Of a stretch of 64,000 nt of DNA, positions 22,594-35,648 are shown in pieces. The notes under the pieces were generated by a model. That model did not search any database. It was not told the origin of the DNA and was given only the letters and a program-made list of their open reading frames with translations. The DNA comes from Catajapyx aquilonaris (lineage: Eukaryota). The stretch's first letter is position 1. Each line of letters opens with the position of its first letter. The DNA lies in contig JYFJ02000929.1 in assembly GCA_000934665.2 (NCBI GenBank), positions 1 through 64,000 of the forward strand. The letters are read 5' to 3'. Both the position numbers and the translations under genes were made by a program.

Positions 22594-23963
22594 ATGGACA
22601 TCTTCGAAGCATTTGCACCGATATCCCTTCTGTCTCGGATACTGGGATTGGTTTCTCCTGTTAGGACAAAACATGGGGAATATTCGAGGAGGTGGTTCCT
22701 CTTCTTGACAACTCCAACCATTTGTATTTTGATCAACGTAATGTGGTTTGTGTTCAAGGGGGCCGGAGAAGTGTCCGTTTCTGGGAGAAGCGTCCAAGAT
22801 GTTGTGGTGCTCACAAGTGTAGTCAACATAAACCTCACCGCCATTTCTCTCTATGTTCTTATGATATCTCAATGCCACAATATAATCAAAGTGATAACAC
22901 ACCTGGATGATTTTGACAAGCGAATTCCAGAAACTGGAAAGATAAATAAAAAGGCCAGGAATGTGGCACTGGCTGTGTCTGTATTATTTTCCATTTATCT
23001 GCTCTCTCTCGTTACAATTAAAATCATATCAAGCCCAGATTGGAGCATAACACTAACAGTGACATTGTACACCATCATTACAAGCACATCCTATGTCGTG
23101 CTGATTCAGGTGGTTTTCTTTTCTGAATCCATCAGAACCAGGATTAAAATGGTGAATGAGAATATCCGACAGATAACGCATCTGTTGCCTCTAGAGTTTC
23201 CTTCTGATGAAAGCTTCAAATTGACTAATGGTCGCAAATTCCCTCCCCGTTTGACACATTTGAGCGGTGCTTTTGTCAACCTCTGCAATTTGGTCGATTC
23301 CGTAAACGAGTGCTACTCCGTGGCTGTGGCCATTGCTTATCTCCACTTGCTGGGAAGTGCAGTTGGATCATTCTCATGCATGTTGCTGTTGGAATATGAG
23401 CCCTCTGTTTGGGGATTTCTCCTAATCGTGGACAGGCTGAGTGCTCTCGTCTTGACCACATGTCTCTTGGAGCGACTTCCACAACAGGTACGTACAGTAC
23501 CAATGAGCCACAGGCATCATACTCCGATTGCAGACATGGGTACAAAAAAAAGACCTGCGATGTTTGATTGGTATAGCCATTAATTTTCACGTTAGGCCTA
23601 CATGTAACAGGAAATGTTTCTTTTTAGAGTGACCTTCTAATGCTAATCATGTTACGATGCATGTCCTGCTTGTTCCTCCCCAGGCATCAGCTTGTGGCAA
23701 TGGCATTCACCAGGTGGACGTTTCACACTTTGATCTGGACAGCAAACTGTTATTTCAAGCTCTAGCTGCTAAAATGTCAACACGCAAGCCCGAGATTTCA
23801 GCCTATTTCTTCAACGCTCGGAGCAGCATCATTGTTACGGTAGGTCAAAATGTCATCAAATCACCAAGTCATCAATAATTTTTTACTCTCTCTGACCCGC
23901 CAGATTGCACAGGCTTGCATCACCTTTCTGGTCATCGTGGCACAGTTCAGAATAGCGGAATAA
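22594..23963 (+). CDS. Gustatory receptor GR-6; exons 22594-23487, 23684-23839, 23904-23963
   Basis: Starts MDIFEAFAPISLLSR; exon 3 IAQACITFLVIVAQFRIAE*. Confidence 0.9.
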
Positions 23964-25802
23964 ATCTGCTGACGATGACGTCTCAAAGGTGCTAGTGACA
24001 CATTCTGACATGTTGTGATCGAACCTTGTCCACCACTATAAGGCAACCTGTGAGACTATAGTTAGACGGTATCACACCAACTCGTTTTTTCGACTTTGTT
24101 CATACACACATTGCAAATAACACCTTTTCAATGTCACGATTGTCAATTATTATGACACACCAAAAACGTACAAGTACATTGTCGACAGAGAATTATATTT
24201 ATAAAATAAATGCACACAGGAGAGTGTTTTTATTAGAAGTTATATCGCGTTTTATTGGTAGTATGATCTTACTCTTGTATATTTCTTGTTTTGCACGAAT
24301 CGGATAATATTGGCAGTTGTCAGCAGTCAATGAAAGTATAATATAGTGATAAACATTCAGCCCGAAAGAACTATACCCACATCATAACGCTAATAATATT
24401 ATGTTTGATATTGTTGACGCATACATATTATATACTGAAGTATTAGGAATGTGTAACATTTTTAGAAAGTGCACATTAATGTGACCATAACGTGAGTTGT
24501 TGGCTGATTTCAGTGCCTCAATGCAATGTCAACGTGACTATTTTGTCAAATGTTAATGTTCAGATAAATTCAGGTGAAAAGGAGACTTGCGTTTATTTCA
24601 CCGAAACTGAAAAGTTTTATATGTGACATGTTGACTCGTCAAGAGTCAACGAAAAGGCGGATTGATTGCCAGTGATTTCTGCATTGCGCTTCTCATGTGA
24701 AATAATTCCTTCGAAATTTTATCAATATATTCCATGATTGTAAAGAGCATGAAAATAAAAAATTTAAGGTGGGAAAATGAAGCATAAATATATTAATTAA
24801 TGCAGCTTATTGCCAAGTGTGAATGCGCTTCTTTCTATTTCACGCAATAAATGGTAAGCCTTCGCTTCTGCTACTCGATACATTACAGGGATCAATAGTC
24901 CTAAGGATTTTGTGGTTCATGACAGATTGACAGACCGTTTGTGCCAGTCTCACTGGCACAATGCCTTGAGAAATAAATAAACTTGTGCATATCGACAAGA
25001 TGTAAAAATGCAGAATATTGCGAAGTGTAAATTATTCTGTTGCGTTTCTTGCTAATTCCTGCTTTTGTCACAGATTATAATACCGGAATCAATAGACCTA
25101 ATTAATTTACGGTGCTTGATGGATCATTAATTTATTGTTACCGTCTCACTGACGTAATACCTGGAGCAATCAATGGACTTGGGCCCACTCACAGAAAAGA
25201 TCGTGAGCAGCAAGAAAGGCCTGGCACTGGTAACTCGTATCAACACCTCCAATGCCTTCCTCGTAAAAAATTCAGTTGCAATGTATACATTGTATACTGT
25301 ACAATAAACATATAATAATATTAATTTATCTCACTTGGTTCTCATTGGAGGCCTCTTCGCAGTCCTTTATGTGCCGCCAATAATATTGCGCAAGAGCAAT
25401 GGGAAGTACTGGAATACAAACGATTTATACCCTACATTCAGAAGGAAAAAAAGGGGGAAGGACTGAATGACCAACCTGTAAAGATGAAATTAAATCACAA
25501 TATTGTGTTGATATTTTATTAGAACTCATCAACTATTTCCTGAATATACAGTATTCTGAATTTCTTTGTAGACTAATGCCTTTTGTTATGGTTATCATGA
25601 CGTAGTTAGTAGTCTACACAAACAATTTTTTTTCTGAATACAGAAGGGCTCATGTGATACAGTGTTGATAAGAAGAGATACACAGATGCAAACTGTAAAC
25701 CTACATGACATTACCGTAATAAGTTTCCAAGTAGATACGAATCCTTGTCAGACATATACATCATGAAATCGCTAATATGCATGACACATGTGACGGTTAA
25801 TT

Positions 25803-26879
25803 TTACCAGGGGGAGTCGTCGGAGTCACTTCCCCGACCAAACCAGATGTCCTCATCTGATGAATCCAACATATCCAAGCGAAAAATCGGTATCTCGTGAA
25901 ATATTACCTGAAGACCTTCCTTGGTGCACGAGGCAATGAAATCCTGAGTCAGTTTTCCTTCTGAATACCAGACATCCAGTTTCTGGAGTGCTGCAGGGGC
26001 ACGGGTCGTAATGAAATTATTCAGGCAGCCAGGGCTCATGGCAGAATCATTATAAGTGAATGTAAGGGCCTGCAGAACACAGCAGTTTTCCAATATGGCT
26101 TCCAGGCAGGCCTCGTTGATCCTGATTCCTCGCACATTCAGTTCCTCCAGCTGTCCCATGACGGACTGCCTGGACAGAAAGGTATGAAGAGCCTCAGTTT
26201 CAAAAAGCCACCCGACTCCTGGAATAATGAGTTGACGCAGGTTGGTGAGTGTTCCAATGCCGTTCTGAAAACCTTTGCCAGTCAAACCAAATGCGTCTTC
26301 AATTTTGAGAACTTTCAGTTGATGACACTTGCCCAGTAGGAGCCAAGCATCTCCTTTTATTTGGTCCATCTCCAATCTCTCCAGTTGTGGTCCGATCCTG
26401 GTCAGCATCAACACCTGCCATTTAGTTGGTAGGCTGTCAACAATCAACTCCTTCAGATTCTGGTAGTGCCAAACACGGTCAGTGGATGAGTGACGGTGAC
26501 GGTGATAGAAAATCTCGCTCATGACGAACTTCTGCAACTGAGAGCAGCGAGAGAAAATGGTGAGCAAGTGCTGGTTGCTTGGAGTGAAGTCCAGATCACG
26601 CAATTCGCATGACACGAGTTTGGTACAGGACCTGGCCAGTGCTTTCATCGGGTCTCTTGTGACGTGACAATCAATCAGAACCAACTCTTCCAGTTCCGGG
26701 CAGCTCCTGGCCACGGCTGTCAAAATGTCATCGCAATGATCATTTCTGTACTTCCATTCCGTCACCTTCAACTTCTTCAACAACGGAGACTTCTCCAGCT
26801 GATCCAGCACCACTTGGACGGGGATGTCTCCAGTCACCTCCATGGTCAGATCATCTGCTCCTTCTGCTGCGGCTGCCAT
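25803..26879 (-). CDS. Single-coding-exon LRR protein of the local F-box/LRR family, lacking the F-box motif (358 aa)
   Basis: MEVTGDIPV..KSPLLKKLK, CPELEELVL, CTKLVSCEL and later cysteine-containing LRRs align with paralogues at 51-62 kb. The N-terminus MAAAAEGADDLT joins directly to MEVTGD. Acidic C-terminal tail. Confidence 0.8.
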   Translation of the reverse strand: MAAAAEGADDLTMEVTGDIPVQVVLDQLEKSPLLKKLKVTEWKYRNDHCDDILTAVARSCPELEELVLIDCHVTRDPMKALARSCTKLVSCELRDLDFTPSNQHLLTIFSRCSQLQKFVMSEIFYHRHRHSSTDRVWHYQNLKELIVDSLPTKWQVLMLTRIGPQLERLEMDQIKGDAWLLLGKCHQLKVLKIEDAFGLTGKGFQNGIGTLTNLRQLIIPGVGWLFETEALHTFLSRQSVMGQLEELNVRGIRINEACLEAILENCCVLQALTFTYNDSAMSPGCLNNFITTRAPAALQKLDVWYSEGKLTQDFIASCTKEGLQVIFHEIPIFRLDMLDSSDEDIWFGRGSDSDDSPW

Positions 26880-28025
26880 CTTGGATTCCTGACGAGGATT
26901 TCTGTATCAATGTGAGCTAAGTCCAGTCTGAAACAAATACAATGATTTATTTCAATTTATTGGACATATTTTATTTCTCCCAAATCAGTGGTTTTCAAAC
27001 TGCTGGGGCCTTGCAAACGCAATTTTGGGGGTATACGCGAAAGATATCGCGCAATGGCGTCCGGTCTCTACATTTGTGTGAACAATAACCCTGATTCATA
27101 ACCTTGAGATGAAGAAGACCCCGAATAGTGGTCATCAAATTCTGGACAGTATTTTCCAAGGTGTAAATTATTACTCGTCAAGTCCCTTGTACTCTCAACT
27201 ATACCGAGTCATTACTCCTCGGAATTTTCTCAAATACACATTTTTTGCGTTAAATTGAAAAAGTCACACGTGGTAGAAGATAGGTGATTGTTTCCCACTG
27301 GTGTTTTTTTTTTAAAATACAACCCTCCGGAAAAGTCAATGTCATATTCTGACCTTGAAATATTTAATACTTTCTAAATAATTGTTACCTTAATGGCTTA
27401 AGGCTAATAAGGCTTAAGGCATTCATAATTTTTATTATTCCCCGTATGAATATCCCATCGTTATGAATTAAATGGCACCTTATTTGTAAGTATTGTATCA
27501 TACGCCTGATACAGTATTTAATAGCATGTGTATTGAGAAACATGTTTTGTCCTACTTTACCCGCTTTCATACCTTGGATGAAATCTTCTAAAGCAATTAA
27601 ATGTCACCATAATTGAGGCCTACTGCATAACTCTCCAAAACAATCGAGAATTTCTAGATGTAATTGTCTTGCATTTTGCTGCCTTTTCAGCATTTTCATT
27701 TAACTTACGTAAATAAAATATCTAGAAAATGGTAATAATGATGGACCGTTTTGGACCACTATTTTGAGCATGTTGATATAAAGAAACCAAGTAGCATGCA
27801 AACCATTCGAACAACCCAATTATTCTTTGGTGATGTTCAAATAGCGATATGATTTGTCTTGAAAACAATGACACTGAGATGGAACACAAAATATGAAATA
27901 CTATATCCCAGAGGGAGATTGTAAATATTTTTTATATATGCGTGACATAGCATCATCCGCATTTTTCATAACGCATTTGGGTACATTATTTTGACGAATG
28001 CCCTCTAAAACGACAGGCTTTTTAG

Positions 28026-28623
28026 CAGGGTTGTTACGACCCAATAAACCCCAGTGTTTTTTAGTGGGTCCACCTTTAAAAAATCCACTAAAACCCACCT
28101 TATATAAAAACCCACTAAAAAGTAAAAATCCACCTTGGCTTTTTCAGTTTTCCTTAAATCACGCATTAAACTATGTACAATTATTGTACAGTTTACTTTT
28201 CACATTTCGTAATATAGGTTTCTGAATATAGATTTTTCTCATGTCTGAATTTACAGAATAAGGTGCTTAAGCATATATGCATTTTTCTTGCCACTCAAGT
28301 GGATGTGACCTAAGTGTTCGGTACACTATTACAAGTTTCTCGGTTTTTCCCACACCAAGACTATATCATATTCCTCAGTTTGCTCCATATGAGCCCAAAA
28401 GTAGAAAAAACTCGCTCAATTGAAGCTGAGCTGCAACGGCAATCCAAAAGCTTCGGCAGAAAAGTGCAGAAATGAGATGCAAGTTTCTCAGTTGTCGCTG
28501 TCAGCATGATAAAACGAAACATAAAATTGCCAGAAATAACCCCCAAAACCCAATAAAACTCAATAAAACCCGTGTGAGTTGGATTTTTTTTAACGGTTTT
28601 TTCGAGTTTCTTTTCCAACCCTG
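28026..28623 (-). mobile_element. Internally deleted hAT transposon (598 bp)
   Basis: TIRs CAGGGTTG/CAACCCTG with a perfect 8-bp TSD CTTTTTAG (28018-28025 and 28624-28631). The minus strand retains the hAT dimerisation motif SSASIERVFSTFGLIWSKLRN. Confidence 0.92.
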
Positions 28624-30245
28624 CTTTTTAGCCAATGAAAGGAATGAAAGGATTTAAGAGGATTATACCAAATCACTGCAACATGGACTCTTTTTGGCCT
28701 AGACAGCACTGACGAAATATTCCCACCAGTGAAACCTTCTGATGCAGTGATTGGTTCTCGGGGTCCTTCTCACGGAATCCCCTTACAAAAGGTCCAAAAT
28801 CAAATGCAACAAGGTTCGTTTATTAAGTTTATTTCTGGTATTAATACGAGTATTAATATTTAGCATTTTCTCAACAATTTAAAATAAGAATCAGGACTTG
28901 ATTGGGTGCATAAAGAGTCACAAAATTGAAATCAGAGTTAATAATATTATGTTAGGAGACTAATCTAATTTCCCCCAGAAAATCAGTTTCGGTTTTTTTT
29001 GTGTGTGTTTTTTTTACAATGTTAGTCGGGCCACGTGGTCGGGACATTCTCACTAACTGGCTGTTCAAATTGGAATTGGCTTCGCAGCCTTCGCTTCACC
29101 GGCTTCCGTGTCATTTCTTGGGGAATCCCCACTCACGGGGATCCCCCCAACGCAACGGCGCAAATGCCAGTTTTTCTTGTGTTATCTCTCCTCTTTTTCA
29201 TTTCATTTTATTGGGAGAAACCCCCGATAACAAAATAAACTATAGCACGCGGTAATTCCGTACGGTGTACGTGAACTGAACAGCAACGTACGTGGAACGG
29301 TGTGTTACGCGAACTGAACAGTACGTACGTGCAGCGGTGCAGCCTGAACCCCTGCATACCTGTGCCACTGTCCAGAATCCTCCTTCTACGATCTTCTGGT
29401 TTTTCTCCAGAAAGTGATTGCGATGACCCTCCGTTCACTTTCAAAGGTTTGACAACCAGCCAGGAATTTCTTATGGGTCACGTTCCGTCATCCAGACACG
29501 TCTCGCTTTGACTGGCACTCCAGAGCAGATCACTTCTCAGAATAGAGATGTAGTAGATGATGCCAGATTGCCAGCCTGGGGAACTCGGGAGTAGGTAATG
29601 TCCTTGGGCCCCTGTTGGTCAGACTCAACTGGCGGGGAAAACCCCCGACTTTTGTATTTGTCACATGGTCAGAACGGCATTTATCCTTCTTTTGGGAATT
29701 TGGTCCTGTCCATGTGCGCCGCCTGGTGGCTAAATTACTGTATCATATTAGGAGCGGGGGCCGGGGGCGGTGGGAACAAGAGCCAAAATGTGTGTGGTGG
29801 CTACAATGTCTACAATTCGAGAAAGACTTGTCCTTTATATGTATATCTCAGTTTCAGTTTCTGGTGTGAAGCTTCGGAAATAAAAAAGTTGTGAATTGCT
29901 TTCCGATTCGCATTCGTATACGTAATCGGTGTCAGGAGACAGGCTGCAAAATTAATATTTTACATACTAGTGGATTCGATATATTGAGTTAAAGTCCAAG
30001 CTACTATTCATCTGTGAGAGGCTAACATGCACATTTCACAAAACCGGCTAGAAAAATTGCTATACGACACACTATATAATATTATGTCACTTCAATGAAA
30101 AGCTTATATTTATTGCCAGGTATGTTTTTATTTCTGTAATAAATGAAGGTGGCAACCTTTGTTGCGAAAAGTCCACAATGAAGGGCACTGGGCTGACATG
30201 TAGGAAGAAAATAATTATGTCCATTCAGTCAGTGCTGGCAGAGCC

Positions 30246-31771
30246 ATGGACATATACGAGTCATTCCAGCCTTTGGCGATTCTGTCTCGCGTAATCGGAA
30301 TATTTTTCGCAGTGAGAAATAATCGAGGGGATTACTCCAGAAAATGGTTCATGTTTCTCATCGCACCTCTTCTCTACGTTGCTGTCAACGTGATGGCGCA
30401 TGTTTTCAACGGATTCAATTTGAAGTTCTCCCTTCAGGGAGTGCGTGATGTTTCTGCATTTACCTTCGTTTTCATCTGGAATTTCACATGCGTTTCGCTA
30501 TACACCATTTTATCATACCAGTGCCTCGGCATTTGCAACATTCTTCGAGGTCTCCGCGACTTCGACCAATGTGTGACTGGTGCCTCAAAGGTCAACAGAA
30601 GGGCTAAGATTTTATCCCTTGTAATGTCTTTTGCGGTTGCATCTTTCATTGTAATCGAAATACTGATAATATTCCTTTTTGCCTCGTCTTGGATCATTGC
30701 AATAACAACGACACTGTGGAGACTAGTTGCCTGCACTCCATTAGTGGTCTTGATGCAGGTCGTCTTCTTTTCCGAGTCGATTCGAGCCAGGTTCAAGTAT
30801 GTGAACCAATCAATTCAAAAGGTCACATCCCACCTGCCCCAGGGCATTTCTTCAGAGAAACCATTTTTTAAACCCCGCCTGCAGAAATTCCCTCCTCTCT
30901 TGACTCACCTGGGAGGTGGCTTCGTTGACCTCTGTGACCTGGTCAATTGCGTGAACAAGTGCTACGGCTTATCTATGGCCGTTGCTTACACATACCTCTT
31001 CGTGAGGTTGGTCTTGAAATGCTCGTTCATGTTGCTGGGGTTAAGTCCCATTGACATTCACCAGATCCTGCCCATTGTAGAAGTAATGATCGAGCTCATC
31101 CTCATCACGTGCACCTTCGAGTGGCTCCCAATAGAGGTAAGGGGATCCCGGTGTTTGAAATCAAAATAGACACATTATTTTTTATTGCGAACAGCTATTC
31201 ACAATCCGATTTAACCAAGATTTTTGCCTGAATCTTACGCGTGTATAGTGCGTGGAACATAAAGGGCAAGGTTTGTTGGTTAGTCCCATTCCACATGGTA
31301 TAGGGAGAGGCTCACTGACCCCTCGGGCGTATGTATATAAAAAATGTTCAGACTTATGTGAATCGGAGAGTAATAATGTTCAGCACGGCAGATTATACAC
31401 ACTGTTATCTTACAATAATGACACCCATCTTGTTAACTCATGATCGTTCACAGGTGTCATCTTCTCTCCTGGACGTCCAGAGAGTGGACCTGTCCTGCTT
31501 TGACCTGGACAGCAAGATTCTGTTCCAGGCATTCGTCACTAACATCACCAGTCACCAAGTGGAGATGTCTGCCTGGTTCTTCAAGGTCAGAAGCGGGATT
31601 CTTGTCACGGTAGGATACGAGTTGATTATTAGTTTCATTGTTCCTGGATTGTCTTTGTGACATTGATTTTTTTGTACAACTGCAGCACGATATTCCTTCC
31701 CTTCTCAGATGACTAGTTCAACCATAACTCTTCTCGTCATCATGGCACAGTTCAAGATGGCAGAACAGTAG
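30246..31771 (+). CDS. Gustatory receptor GR-7; exons 30246-31136, 31454-31609, 31709-31771
   Basis: Starts MDIYESFQPLAILSR; exon 3 MTSSTITLLVIMAQFKMAEQ*. Confidence 0.9.
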
Positions 31772-32131
31772 CACTGACTAGAATTGAATATTACAGTCTG
31801 CAGATCTAAAAGCCACACATACGATTGAAGCTTTATAAAATAATGGACTCATATGATTGGACCTATTCGTATATAGATACTGTCAGCACGGATATTATCT
31901 CACGCAAATATCTGGGCCACCTGGAAAAACATTGATTATAGGAGACAAGAGATGGAAGGCCACTGAATATTGCACAATACCCGTCCTTTATTGAAGGAAA
32001 CGCCCAACCCTTGGAGACGACATCGTGATGGGAGACAGCCGCACCCTTGCAATCCACACTCAACTACCTCACTGCAGTGCTCTTACTCTTCATTCTTGGT
32101 GTGTGTTCACTCACTCTGTGCTGGTTCCACC

Positions 32132-33480
32132 ATGGACATCTACGAGGCATTTGGACCGATATCCCTTCTGTCGCGGTCATTGTGACTGTTTTCTGCGGTT
32201 AGGACAAAGCAGGGGGAATATTCCAAGAGGTGGTTCCTCTTCCTGATTGCACCGGTTCTTCACGTTTCGTTCAACCTCGTTGTGTTTGGTTTAAGTGGGT
32301 TGCGATTGGGGAAAGTCAAGTTCTCCTTTGAAAGCGTAGAAGCCGCCAGCACATTTTTTTATTAATGTTTTCGTCGTGGACCTGACAGCCATCTCTATTT
32401 ACCTCGCTCTGTCACATCACTGCAATGGAATATGCCAACTGCTTCGAGGCATTTACGGATTTGACAGTTGCTTTCCTGGAGTCAAAAAGTTCAACAGAAA
32501 AGTTAAAGTTGCAACCCAAACTGTGTGCGTTATATTAGTGATTTTCGTCATAGCGATGATAATAATGCCGGTGGTGTTGGAACCAAGTTGGATTGCTGCA
32601 TTGTCAATCACTTTGGGAATGATCACTCGTTACACCTCCTCGGTCGTATTGATGCAAGTAATCTTCTTTTCCGAGTCTATTCGAGCCAGGTTCAAGCATG
32701 TAAACGAGTCAATTCGAGAGGTCACTTCCCATCTGCCCCAGGACATTTCTTCAGAGAAAATATTCAAACCTCATCCCCTGCACAAATTCTCCCCTCGCTT
32801 GACCCACCTGGGAGGTGCCTTCCTTGACCTCTGCGATCTGATCAGTGGGGTCAACAAGTGCTACCGTGTTGCCGTGGCCATGGCTTACATGAACTTGTTC
32901 ATGGAGGTTATTTTGTCTTTCTCGTACATGACGATTGGGTTTTATCATTTTGAATTGTTTATGGTATTATTTACATCAACCAAGGTCATCGAGATATTTT
33001 CTTCCACGTGCATCATGGAGCAAATTCCCCATGAGGTAGGCTTGCATAATGAATAAGGGGCTTTCAAGGTCCTAGAGCACATTGCTTTAACAGCTAATAA
33101 AAGTGAATGTCATTTAGAAAACTTCTGAATGCGTGGGATGCATCAAGGTGCTCATCCAATATTAATGTCAATATAATTTTGCACATATTACTTCTCGCCA
33201 GGCATCATCTTCTCTCCTGGACGTCCAGAAGGTTGACACGTCATGGTTCGACTTGGACAGCAAGATTCTGTTCCAGTCTCTGGTCACCAAGATGACCAGT
33301 CAACAACCCGAAATCTCAACCTGGTTTTTCACCATCAGAAGCAATAAGTCATTTGAATCTTCTCCTATAGTTTCAGCTTCGTCTGATTCTTTCCTATTCT
33401 GTCTCTTTCTCTCTTTTCAGATGGCAAATTCCGTCATCACTCTGCTCGTCATCTTGGCACAGTTCAAACTAGCAGAATAG
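32132..33480 (+). pseudogene. Gustatory receptor pseudogene GR-8 (closest to GR-5)
   Basis: GGA>TGA stop at 32183-32185. Frameshift in an expanded T run at about 32354-32360. Exon-2 splice donor deleted near 33347. Confidence 0.9.
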
Positions 33481-33883
33481 TTCAGCACATTGTAGAACTA
33501 TCGTTTATCACGAAAGGTTTGGCTATTTTGTGAAATATGTGTTGCATAATGTGGGTACTTTCCTGATCTACTGTATTCAACTTTACACACAGTATTTGGC
33601 ATTTTTTCTTCCCTTGAGTAAAGGTATTGTGTAAAATGTGCGACACTGTTAATTACACTCATTTAGACATGCATTGTGTTTGTTATTTGAGAAAAATTCG
33701 ACTCCAGCGTAATTAAAGCCAAATTAGCGAAAAGAAAATTTTGAGGGGAAACAATATTTTTGGCTTACTGTACATCTGACTGTGATATGCAGTTGTCAGA
33801 ATTATGAATTTGTATTTTTGTCAAATTTCAAATGGACACAGATAATCCCAAGGACAGATAATAGCCTAATATTACCAATGAGT

Positions 33884-34416
33884 GCGTCTTTCCATGCTTG
33901 ACCGAGAGATTTAAGAACTATTCAGCCCCCCTGAGCGGTTCACCAGCAACACATTATATACAGCGCCAAATAACGTAGAGTAGGTTATAGGAGGATTGTT
34001 AAATGTTCTGCTGGTGAACCGCTTAGGGGGGCTGAATAGTTCTTATATCTCTAGGGCAAGCATGGAAAGACACTTCTTTTAGGATATGTAGGATAACTTT
34101 AAAATCCGTCCAGTCCTATATTGAGGAAAATGACATCAAAGATGACCAACTTACAGAAAAATGGAATTTCAGAATTTATTATTTCCAATACTGCGTGATC
34201 TGTAATGTTTTCCTTCTACAGTATTACGGGCCACATGACAATGTATCTACCATATTAATGTAACACTCCTAGCATGTGCTTAACAGTGACATCGGACCAT
34301 CGGAAATGTGCCATTTTTGCACAGTAATTCAAATTTTTCGGACTTTTTATTTTGCGTTCTAGGTTAAAACTGTTGCCACCACAATATTTCTCATTTCATT
34401 CCCGTTCTTTTGATAT
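33884..34416. repeat. Foldback/palindromic element, copy 1 (copy 2 at about 42714-43305)
   Basis: Arms GTCTTTCCATGCTTG..AAGAACTATTCAGCCCCCCTGAGCGGTTCACC / GGTGAACCGCTTAGGGGGGCTGAATAGTTCTT..CAAGCATGGAAAGAC, followed by a shared ~300-bp tail. Confidence 0.8.
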
Positions 34417-34702
34417 ATACTAGAAAAACCCTCGCTTCGCTCACATTTTTCTATGGTGCAGGCCAAGAATGACATTTGCTTCGTTCGCTTTTTCTATAGG
34501 CCTGCGACCTGGGGTGGTGGAGGCCTTATTGGTAATCCCTCCATACTTACAGCCAGTGATGATGCCCACCCCCTCCAGTCATATGCACCACCCCTATTCG
34601 TTCCTCCGTTCTAAGGTGCATTCCCATATCCATATGATTCCATATTAGAAGCCTTTCAAAATTCGACCACAATCGATTATGCAATTGAATTTTCCATTAT
34701 AG

Positions 34703-35245
34703 CAAGGTTCCAAACAAAGGGTCACCAACCCAGAAAGGTTCCAAACAAAGGGTCACCAACACACAGCAATGTTCCAAACAAAGGGTTACCAACACACATC
34801 AGCATCGTTCCAAACAAAGGGTCACCAGCACAGCAAGCAGCAAGGTTCCAAACAAAGGGTTGCCAACACACAGCAACGTTCCAAACAAAGGGTCACCAAC
34901 ACACAGCAATGTTCCAAACAAAGGGTCACCAACACACAGCAATGTTCCAAACAAAGGGTTACCAACACACATCAGCAACGTTCCAAACAAAGGGTCACCA
35001 GCACAGCAAGCAGCAAGGTTCCAAACAAAGGGTTGCCAACACACAGCAACGTTCCAAACAAAGGGTCACCAACACTCAGCAATGTTCCAAACAAAGGGTT
35101 GCCAACACACAGCAACGTTCCAAACAAAGGGTCACCAACACAGCAAGGTTCCAAACAAAGGGTTGCCAACACACAGCAATGTTCCAAACAAAGGGTCACC
35201 AACACAGAAAGGTTCCAAACAAAGGGTCACCAACACACAGCAATG
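34703..35245. repeat. 33-bp minisatellite (about 16 units), probably inside a Helitron/Helentron-like element starting near 34418
   Basis: Unit GTTCCAAACAAAGGGTCACCAACACACAGCAAT with 31-38-bp variants. Upstream, TACTAGAAAAACCCTCGCTTCGCTC resembles the termini of insect non-autonomous Helentrons. Confidence 0.9.
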
Positions 35246-35648
35246 TTATGTTTAATAATAAATAACACAAATACTGAGGAAAAGGAAAGTTATATGGTTG
35301 GGGAACTTTTTGCACTAACCGTAAGGGAAAAATCGGATTGCTGATCATGGATTTCGAAACGGTGCGGTGTTAGGAGGCAGGTTACATAATTATTTGTGTG
35401 CAGTGGATTCAATACATGAATTATTAAATTCCAAGCAACTGACGCATAATGGCTAACACACGCACCATGTCACTTCCATGAAAGAACTTATTTACTGTCA
35501 GGCTTGTTTTCATTGCTGCAATAAATTAAAGTGGCAACCTTTGTTGCGAGAAGTCCATAATCATAATAATAATAATGAATCGCAGATTCGCAGATATGCA
35601 GGTACAAAGGAATAATTGCGTCGACTCACTCACAGTGCTGGTAGAGCC

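Noticed and set aside
26984..27060. CAGTGGTTTTCAAACT, resembling a hAT-Charlie terminus
   Set aside because: No convincing matching right end or TSD was found.
34703..35245. CRISPR-like array of ~33-bp periodic repeats
   Set aside because: The units are head-to-tail with no unique spacers, there are no cas genes, and the context is eukaryotic. It is a minisatellite.
34769..35344. Repetitive ORFs (QTKGHQH / SKQRVTNT / NVPNKG)
   Set aside because: Translations of the stop-poor minisatellite in several frames; no gene structure.
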